Positions 1 through 5,268 of a stretch of 26,437 nucleotides of DNA are shown piece by piece; the first letter of the stretch is position 1; each line of letters begins with the position of its first letter. The stretch is from a virus (taxonomy: Duplodnaviria; Caudoviricetes). The translations under genes were made by a program, and so were the position numbers. The DNA lies in IMG/VR virus record IMGVR_UViG_3300020280_000012, positions 1 through 26,437 of that record; one strand, given 5' to 3'. A model generated the notes under the pieces. It saw nothing but the letters and a program-made list of their open reading frames with translations. It made no database searches and had not been told where the DNA came from.

Positions 1-114
1 ATGGCAATTCTTTATGATAACATGAGTGAGAGTTATGATAAGTATTCGGTCGATGAATTGATTGCAGAAGTAGAAGAATACTACCCACATTTGTTGGAGG
101 AAAGTGAAGTCTAA
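1..114 (+). CDS. Small acidic hypothetical phage protein, probably the 3' part of a gene starting upstream of the window
   Basis: Frame 1 reads MAILYDNMSESYDKYSVDELIAEVEEYYPHLLEESEV*, stop TAA at 112-114. It lies on the same strand as the downstream cluster and is not in the ORF track. Confidence 0.65.
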   Translation: MAILYDNMSESYDKYSVDELIAEVEEYYPHLLEESEV

Positions 115-171
115 AACCAGTTGACAAGGTGGCACAGTGGGGGTTGAGATGCCCTGAAAATCGTGTATTGT
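113..171 (+). promoter_or_regulatory. Early-type sigma70-like promoter with upstream box CAGTT-N4-AGGTGGCAC
   Basis: Box at 118-135; TTGAGA at 144-149; 16-bp spacer; TATTGT at 166-171. The same box occurs inverted at 1439-1456. Confidence 0.6.
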
Positions 172-198
172 AAGGACATGGAAAACAAAGCAAACGAC

Positions 199-441
199 AT
201 GGCAACCAAAATCTTTTCACTCACACCATCCGAACAACAGGCAAAGTGGAATGACATTATGGGTCAAATGTGTGCCTATGTTGATGATACAAATGCCGAC
301 ATTGATATGGCATATGATTGGGTGTGTGAGATGCTCAACATTTCATCCTTTGTTGATAACAAGACTGCATGGGATTCTTTCTATGAAACTTGGGAATCTT
401 GCGACAATCGTAATGATCTGAACACCTTCGTTATCAACTGA
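199..441 (+). CDS. Hypothetical early protein (~80 aa, acidic)
   Basis: Track ORF is 163..441, but the GTG at 163 sits in the promoter next to the -10. ATG 199 (MATKIFSL...) or ATG 178 is the more plausible start. Confidence 0.75.
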   Translation: MATKIFSLTPSEQQAKWNDIMGQMCAYVDDTNADIDMAYDWVCEMLNISSFVDNKTAWDSFYETWESCDNRNDLNTFVIN

Positions 442-457
442 TTCTTTACACTTTCTC

Positions 458-622
458 ATGAACACTAAAGTCGCAAAACATCTCTCAATCCCCGAGAATC
501 GCATCAACTATTCTTTTCACTTTCTCGACAACTTCAATGATACTTTTGTTGACTACAAAAAATGTTATGATGCGATAGCAAAATGGTCTGATAAACTTGA
601 CACTTCTGAATCACACTTCTGA
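458..622 (+). CDS. Hypothetical protein, 54 aa (not in ORF track)
   Basis: MNTKVAKHLSIPENRINYSFHFLDNFNDTFVDYKKCYDAIAKWSDKLDTSESHF*. It fills the gap between neighbours, and its TGA overlaps the next ATG (TGATG, 620-624). Confidence 0.75.
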   Translation: MNTKVAKHLSIPENRINYSFHFLDNFNDTFVDYKKCYDAIAKWSDKLDTSESHF

Positions 623-900
623 TGAATTACACACTCAAACAACTGCAACAAAGAGTCAACAAACTGATCGAACAACAAGGAGAAGATGCATACTGTAGCG
701 CATGGATTTACACCAAGGAAGATTGCTTCATGACCAAAGATGATGGTGAGCAAGAATATCCATGTGATGAACATCCCGAACTTGCTGAACGTATCTTCAA
801 TGATATTGGCAACAATGATTACATCTATCAGGTGATTCAAGAGTGTGTAGATGAAGTCACCGAGGAACAATATATGGCATATCAGCAAGAACTTGTATAG
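622..900 (+). CDS. Hypothetical protein, 92 aa
   Basis: ORF track; start overlaps the stop of the upstream ORF; acidic small phage protein. Confidence 0.8.
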   Translation: MNYTLKQLQQRVNKLIEQQGEDAYCSAWIYTKEDCFMTKDDGEQEYPCDEHPELAERIFNDIGNNDYIYQVIQECVDEVTEEQYMAYQQELV

Positions 901-905
901 GTAGA

Positions 906-1094
906 ATGAAAACCACAACAGCAACTTATTCGATTCAAGTAACAACAGAGGGAGGACATTTATCTTTCTTAAAAGACATGCCCACACGTCCTAAAACACA
1001 CAAAGGCATAAAAGCACAGAACACAAAGTTATGCAAATGGGTAGAAAAACACTATCCTGATTACAAAGAATACCAAGTCATTCTTCTTTCCTAA
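906..1094 (+). CDS. Hypothetical protein, 62 aa (basic)
   Basis: ORF track; 5-nt and 1-nt gaps to its neighbours. Confidence 0.75.
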   Translation: MKTTTATYSIQVTTEGGHLSFLKDMPTRPKTHKGIKAQNTKLCKWVEKHYPDYKEYQVILLS

Positions 1095-1095
1095 A

Positions 1096-1428
1096 ATGTT
1101 ATTTGTCTCAGGTAAATCTCCTTTCTCAGATATTACTCCGAGTGTCTACGAGTTTTTTACTGCTAGTTACGAGATTCGCAGCGACGTAGAAATCTGCCAT
1201 TGTAATCTACGAGATGAGCATGCGCTAGGATTTACTGAGGTTAATGGTGATGAGCAATTTGTTCAGGTACATAATGACCTGTCAAAAGAGGAACACATTA
1301 AAACTATTCTCCACGAACTTGTCCACGTTGTGCAGAATGAAGCAAGCATAAATGACGAGACTGAGAGAGAATCTGAAGCATACAGATTAGAGGAGGTTCT
1401 TTATAACAATTATTGCGCTTGCGCTTAA
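1096..1428 (+). CDS. Small zincin-like (HExxH) metallopeptidase-family protein, 110 aa
   Basis: TILHELVHVVQ motif followed by ERESEAY (candidate third Glu ligand), as in ImmA/IrrE- and SprT-like minimal zincins. Confidence 0.7.
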   Translation: MLFVSGKSPFSDITPSVYEFFTASYEIRSDVEICHCNLRDEHALGFTEVNGDEQFVQVHNDLSKEEHIKTILHELVHVVQNEASINDETERESEAYRLEEVLYNNYCACA

Positions 1429-1438
1429 CCCTTCGGGA

Positions 1439-1495
1439 GTGCCACCTGCTGAACTGTCCACCATTCCCCCCACGGCACGCTAATCCGTGTATATT
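1439..1495 (+). promoter_or_regulatory. Early-type promoter: quasi-palindromic box plus -10, no canonical -35
   Basis: GTGCCACCTGCTGAACTGTCCAC at 1439-1461; GTG-TATATT at 1487-1495; followed by a short leader hairpin TGGGG...CCCCA at 1503-1520. Confidence 0.55.
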
Positions 1496-1543
1496 AGATG
1501 CATGGGGGACAACGACCCCATTCACTTCACTAACTCACCAAAC

Positions 1544-1891
1544 ATGCGTAAGATCGAATCTCAAATGTGTGCCGCAGTTCAGTCTAACATCGATTGGAAA
1601 TCTGGTAACACTGAGGTAACGATTGACAAGGAAACTAACACTTCCTCTGTATATCTTCACGGCAATCTGATTGCTACCGTGACAGATAATGATATGACGA
1701 TTTACGATGGTGGTTGGCAAACTACTACCACAAAATCCCGTCTTAATGCACTTTGCACAGAATTTTGTATCGCTGGCGAAGGTGTTTTTCAGAAGGATTT
1801 TGCTTGGTATGTGAGAAAGTTTGTAGGTGCAATTAACGGACAATCTAAGTTCGTTACCGAAACTTTCCAATCTGGTTATGTCTTTGCTTGA
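1544..1891 (+). CDS. Hypothetical protein, 115 aa (MRKIESQMCAAVQ...)
   Basis: The track start at 1487 (GTG) lies at the promoter -10; in-frame ATG 1544 follows a C/A-rich leader. It resembles small early proteins I associate with cyanomyoviruses (not verified). Confidence 0.8.
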   Translation: MRKIESQMCAAVQSNIDWKSGNTEVTIDKETNTSSVYLHGNLIATVTDNDMTIYDGGWQTTTTKSRLNALCTEFCIAGEGVFQKDFAWYVRKFVGAINGQSKFVTETFQSGYVFA

Positions 1892-1892
1892 T

Positions 1893-1935
1893 GTAATCAT
1901 AGAGGGGTTACTAACACTTTCCCCTCTATAATTAC
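1893..1935. repeat. Inverted repeat or hairpin containing a perfect TATAAT
   Basis: GTAAT-C-ATAGAGGGG...CCCCTCTAT-A-ATTAC gives 14 paired positions with one mismatch. TATAAT is at 1927-1932 in the right arm. Confidence 0.7.
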
Positions 1936-1939
1936 TTCA

Positions 1940-2009
1940 TCTGACTAACACTCTGGGCTGTATAGAATTGGGAGACTGATTCATAACGTAAGACCCAGAT
2001 TTAACCAGA
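1940..2009 (+). ncRNA. Candidate structured cis-regulatory leader RNA
   Basis: Nested stems: TCTG(1940-43)/CAGA(2006-09), TCTGGG(1952-57)/CCCAGA(1994-99) and GAATTGG-GAGA-CTGATTC(1965-82). The inner stem has a GNRA tetraloop and two G-U pairs that form only on the + strand. Confidence 0.5.
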
Positions 2010-2036
2010 CCAAACTATCACTTTCTTTCTGTTATT

Positions 2037-2183
2037 ATGTCCAAAGAAGTAATGATCGGTATGCTGAAAGTTGCCAAGAACGGTAATGATCTGCTCGCAA
2101 TTCTTGATAGTCTTATTGAGAACGAAGAGGGGAACATTACTGGGGAAGCAGTTGACTTCAGTGGGCAATCTGTGAACTTCTGA
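2037..2183 (+). CDS. Hypothetical protein, 48 aa (not in ORF track)
   Basis: MSKEVMIGMLKVAKNGNDLLAILDSLIENEEGNITGEAVDFSGQSVNF*; tandem stops TGA TGA TAG followed by a terminator-like hairpin. Confidence 0.75.
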   Translation: MSKEVMIGMLKVAKNGNDLLAILDSLIENEEGNITGEAVDFSGQSVNF

Positions 2184-2191
2184 TGATAGGT

Positions 2192-2218
2192 AAGGGGGTC
2201 TATTTTGCCCCCTTTTCT
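2192..2218 (+). terminator. Probable intrinsic terminator ending the early cluster
   Basis: AAGGGGG-TCTATTTTG-CCCCCTT followed by TTCT, 8 nt after the first stop of the 48-aa ORF. Confidence 0.65.
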
Positions 2219-2410
2219 CCACCCATATATAAAGATTGTGCTTTTTTTATATTAAAAAAGGTATTTTAAATGTATGTGGGTTGTTTACATCGTTCTTGAG
2301 AATGTCTTAGAAAGATGTACTGGGGGGTATATCTGAAGGGTCTTCGGAGTTACTTTGAGGGTCTTTTTATTCTCAATTAAATGTGCTGAGGTCTTGTGAT
2401 CTAAGCGAGC

Positions 2411-2439
2411 AGTCTATCACACACTCGCAGAAATGTCAA
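2411..2439 (-). promoter_or_regulatory. Leftward sigma70 promoter
   Basis: The minus strand reads TTGACA(2439-2434)-N17-TAGACT(2416-2411) with a TGn extended -10. Confidence 0.7.
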
Positions 2440-2494
2440 GACCCCGCTCATAAACTTTTATAGGGATTGACACTCAAAAAATATCAGTCTCGCT

Positions 2495-2502
2495 TATAAA
2501 TA
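2495..2502 (+). promoter_or_regulatory. T4-type late promoter box (gp55 consensus TATAAATA)
   Basis: Exact TATAAATA in intergenic DNA about 70 nt upstream of the ATG at 2573. Confidence 0.45.
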
Positions 2503-2514
2503 TCCAATGGAAGA

Positions 2515-2543
2515 TTGACAATATCCCCAGTCCATTCTATACT
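2515..2543 (+). promoter_or_regulatory. Rightward sigma70 promoter
   Basis: TTGACA(2515-2520)-N17-TATACT(2538-2543), 30 nt before the ATG at 2573. Confidence 0.75.
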
Positions 2544-2572
2544 CATTAAGTCACACCAACGGAGTCAGTCTC

Positions 2573-2749
2573 ATGTCAGTTCTTTACAGTCAGGCACAGA
2601 AGCAACGTTATAGAATCACCCTAGATCTTGAGGTGATGGAAGACTTCGACCCGCATCAAATTGATTGGGAGCAGTTGTTTGAACTCGAAGGATCTGAGCG
2701 GTTGATTGACAGTTATGTGGAGGACCTGAGTAAACCTGTCCGTTGGTGA
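2573..2749 (+). CDS. Hypothetical protein, 58 aa (not in ORF track)
   Basis: MSVLYSQAQKQRYRITLDLEVMEDFDPHQIDWEQLFELEGSERLIDSYVEDLSKPVRW*; GGAG Shine-Dalgarno at 2561-2564; has its own promoter. Confidence 0.8.
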   Translation: MSVLYSQAQKQRYRITLDLEVMEDFDPHQIDWEQLFELEGSERLIDSYVEDLSKPVRW

Positions 2750-2795
2750 TTTGTGGCAGTAAACTGACAGTAACTCTCAGGAATGTTGTGGGGGG

Positions 2796-2824
2796 TTGAC
2801 ATCAGTGACCCTCCGTGATATGAT
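2796..2824 (+). promoter_or_regulatory. Rightward sigma70 promoter preceding a ~165-nt non-coding stretch
   Basis: TTGACA(2796-2801)-N17-TATGAT(2819-2824), TGn extended -10. Confidence 0.75.
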
Positions 2825-2997
2825 GAGGGAAACTATCAGTAAAACACAGTTATTATGCGGCGTTCGTTTATATCGTCGGCGGGCGTGATATAAAATCAAT
2901 GGGTCCCTGTAACCTACAGAGGTGACAATTCGACCTCGATATATAATGCGAAAGTCAAATTCATAATTGGAAAAAAAATTCCGCGCAAAAAATTTTT

Positions 2998-3213
2998 ATG
3001 GAAAAGGTTTATCACATCTACGCAAAAGAAGAGTGTTTATATAATAATCTAAGTAAGGAAGAATTTAATAATACATGGGAAACCCTCAAGGGAATGGTTG
3101 GTCTAATGAAGACTGATTATACTCTTGAGGATTTGTCATATGAGGAGTGCATTCGCGCCCATGGATATTGTTCGGGTACTACGGCAGAACCACTAGGCGA
3201 AGATTCATATTGA
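2998..3213 (+). CDS. Hypothetical protein, 71 aa
   Basis: ORF track, ATG start; resembles a small cyanomyovirus protein (MEKVYHIYAKEECLY...; not verified). Confidence 0.8.
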   Translation: MEKVYHIYAKEECLYNNLSKEEFNNTWETLKGMVGLMKTDYTLEDLSYEECIRAHGYCSGTTAEPLGEDSY

Positions 3214-3238
3214 CAGTCTACATATAACCTGATAGAAT
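3210..3238 (+). promoter_or_regulatory. Sigma70 promoter for the glycosyltransferase / basic peptide / SET operon
   Basis: TTGACA(3210-3215)-N17-TAGAAT(3233-3238), TGn extended -10, 22 nt before the ATG at 3261. Confidence 0.75.
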
Positions 3239-3260
3239 TGAACTGAAGTTTCTAAGACTT

Positions 3261-4031
3261 ATGGCAAAAGGATTTACTGTAAAGGCAAAGACGCCTACTC
3301 CTAGTAAGAAGGAGGAGTGGGACATTGCATCAATTAAGGAGAGGATGAAAGGTAAGACTATTGTGTTTTGCCTTCCAGGACGTGGATGTTCTTTTACCTT
3401 TCTGAAGAACTTTGTACAACTGTGCTTTGATATGGTACAGAACGGTATGAGTATTCAGATTAGTCAAGACTATAGTTCTATGGTGAACTTCGCACGTTGT
3501 AAGTGTCTTGGAGCAAATGTACTTCGTGGACCCAAGCAAGTTCCCTGGGATGGTAAGTTAGCATATGATTACCAACTGTGGATTGACAGTGATATTGTCT
3601 TTTCTACAGAGAAGTTCTGGCAATTGTGTGACATGGCAATTGATGCAGAAGGTAATGAGAAGGAGATTGTTAGTGGATGGTATGCCACTGAAGATGGACA
3701 GACTACCTCTGTTGCACACTGGTTAGAAGAAGATGACTTCCGTAGTAATGGTGGAGTAATGAACCACGAAACAGTGGAATCTATCAGTAAGCGGCGTAAG
3801 CCATTCACTGTAGACTACACAGGTTTTGGATGGGTGCTCATTAAGAAGGGTGTGTTTGAGAATCTTGAGTATCCTTGGTTTGCTCCTAAGATGCAAGTTT
3901 TTGAGAGTGGCGATGTTCAGGACATGTGTGGAGAGGATGTATCGTTCTGTCTCGATGCAAAAGAAGAAGGATTTGAGATCTGGTGCGATCCTCGTATCAG
4001 GGTCGGTCACGAAAAAACTCGCGTAATTTGA
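3261..4031 (+). CDS. GT-A fold (family 2-like) glycosyltransferase-like protein, 256 aa
   Basis: DxD motif LWIDSDIVF, then TGFGWVLIK, GEDVSFC (ED catalytic-base motif) and a C-terminal DPRIRVGHEK; this motif order is typical of GT2-like enzymes. Confidence 0.75.
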   Translation: MAKGFTVKAKTPTPSKKEEWDIASIKERMKGKTIVFCLPGRGCSFTFLKNFVQLCFDMVQNGMSIQISQDYSSMVNFARCKCLGANVLRGPKQVPWDGKLAYDYQLWIDSDIVFSTEKFWQLCDMAIDAEGNEKEIVSGWYATEDGQTTSVAHWLEEDDFRSNGGVMNHETVESISKRRKPFTVDYTGFGWVLIKKGVFENLEYPWFAPKMQVFESGDVQDMCGEDVSFCLDAKEEGFEIWCDPRIRVGHEKTRVI

Positions 4032-4043
4032 GGTTAAACTATT

Positions 4044-4181
4044 ATGTCAATGATGAAAGGCGGCGGTTACATTAAGGGCAAACCCAAAAAAACTCGCCAA
4101 GGAAACTCGCAGTATACATTGAGATCCGCGACTTCTCGTAATAAAGCAAAGAAGAAGTACCGGGGACAAGGAAGAAGTTAA
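4044..4181 (+). CDS. Small highly basic Lys/Arg/Gly-rich peptide, 45 aa (not in ORF track)
   Basis: MSMMKGGGYIKGKPKKTRQGNSQYTLRSATSRNKAKKKYRGQGRS*; GAGG at 4030-4033; 9 Lys, 5 Arg, no Asp/Glu; its stop abuts the next ATG. Confidence 0.8.
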   Translation: MSMMKGGGYIKGKPKKTRQGNSQYTLRSATSRNKAKKKYRGQGRS

Positions 4182-4550
4182 ATGTATGACCTAACTCTCT
4201 ACACCTATCTCGCTCCCAGTAAAGTCTGTGGCGGGGTGGGTGTTTTTTCTTTATGTGATATTCCAAAAGGTACGATGATTTGGAAAGGAAGACAAGATGC
4301 ACAAAAGATTACATGGGATAAGATACCAACATATATGCAACAACATATTGCATCAATAACATGGTGTGATAAAGATGGATTTTGGATTGATTGTGACCTT
4401 GATAGAATCTATCAAGCCTATTATGTTAATCACTCTGATGATCCTAATGTAGGTATAGATGATGATGAATTCTACATTGCAATCAGAGATATTAAAAAAG
4501 ATGAAGAGTTGTTGTATAGATACTCTAAGATGGAAAAAAATTGGACATGA
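4182..4550 (+). CDS. Stand-alone SET-domain protein-lysine methyltransferase, 122 aa
   Basis: SET signatures in order: PSKVCGGVGVFSLCDIPKGT (GxG SAM-binding region), YVNHSDDPNV (NHSxxPN) and AIRDIKKDEELLYRY (EELxxxY). No post-SET Cys cluster. Confidence 0.88.
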   Translation: MYDLTLYTYLAPSKVCGGVGVFSLCDIPKGTMIWKGRQDAQKITWDKIPTYMQQHIASITWCDKDGFWIDCDLDRIYQAYYVNHSDDPNVGIDDDEFYIAIRDIKKDEELLYRYSKMEKNWT

Positions 4551-5257
4551 GCGCATTAATTTGTAACCTCCCCTCGGTAGAGGTATGGGTACGTAAAGAG
4601 TATCTAACTGATCATCAATCTGGCCATGGCGAATTTGTAAAGGGCGTTTGGGTATCGTGTAAATCGATCCCTGGACGTGCTTTTTATTTTGAGACCTATT
4701 TGCCAGAGTATGCGGCAATGTATGATAAATTGCCCATCAGCGCCTTTGTAAGCGCCCCTGAGACGCCTAGTCCTGATATGGACCTACCTAACCTCCAATT
4801 CTGGAATTGCATGGATTACGGGGTCATGTCGATTCATAAGCAATTTATTGGTTCAATGGATTTTGAGTGCTATACAAGAGATCATGGTATCGTTAAAGGT
4901 GAGTATATTTGTACGATAGATAATTATCATCAGGATTGTGATGTAATTGACTATGCCACAAGTGAAAATCCAGCTGAACATAAGTCTCATAACTTGATTG
5001 AACTTGAAAATGGTCAGTATGCACTGTATCCTAATAATAGAATGCGTATCTTTGACAACAGTTTGACTCCTGTTGACCCCAAAATGCCTGATTTTAAGGT
5101 ATCGACTCAATATTACAGTGTTGAAAATGGTTTTGAGCGACTCGGAATGGGTCGTGAAGACGAATATTTCTGGAAAACAGCGAAAGAACGTAAACTTGAA
5201 GAAGAAAATGCAGAAGATATGTACAAATCACAAGAAAATCGCCCAATTGACCCTTAA
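4547..5257 (+). CDS. Conserved hypothetical phage protein, 236 aa
   Basis: ATG 4547 overlaps the SET stop (ATGA). The sequence MSALICNLPSVEVWVRKEYL...LPISAF resembles a marine-phage family of unknown function (recalled, not verified). Confidence 0.85.
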   Translation: MSALICNLPSVEVWVRKEYLTDHQSGHGEFVKGVWVSCKSIPGRAFYFETYLPEYAAMYDKLPISAFVSAPETPSPDMDLPNLQFWNCMDYGVMSIHKQFIGSMDFECYTRDHGIVKGEYICTIDNYHQDCDVIDYATSENPAEHKSHNLIELENGQYALYPNNRMRIFDNSLTPVDPKMPDFKVSTQYYSVENGFERLGMGREDEYFWKTAKERKLEEENAEDMYKSQENRPIDP

Positions 5258-5268
5258 AAAAGAGAAAA

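Noticed and set aside
1413-1619. 68-aa + strand ORF spanning the promoter region
   Set aside because: It has a TTG start, overlaps two better ORFs out of frame and crosses a regulatory box.
1940-2009. Hammerhead, twister or glutamine-riboswitch identity for the leader RNA
   Set aside because: The required cores (e.g. CUGAnGA plus GAAA for a hammerhead) are not present in the right arrangement.
2001-2222. 73-aa minus-strand ORF downstream of the leftward promoter, and a possible type I toxin-antitoxin reading of the locus
   Set aside because: It has a GTG start without a clear RBS and is antisense to the better-supported 48-aa ORF. The 48-aa peptide is acidic with no clear transmembrane helix, unlike typical type I toxins. 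Not fully excluded.
2467-2495. TTGACA at 2467 (also at 121) as an independent -35
   Set aside because: There is no acceptable -10 hexamer 16-18 bp downstream of either.
2752-2770. GTGGCAGT-AA-ACTGACA palindrome resembling the early-promoter box
   Set aside because: The spacer and half-sites differ from the two clear copies; too short to call.
163-4546. Track start codons at 163 (GTG), 1487 (GTG) and 4541 (TTG)
   Set aside because: The first two fall at promoter -10 regions. The third is superseded by ATG 4547, which forms an ATGA overlap with the SET stop.
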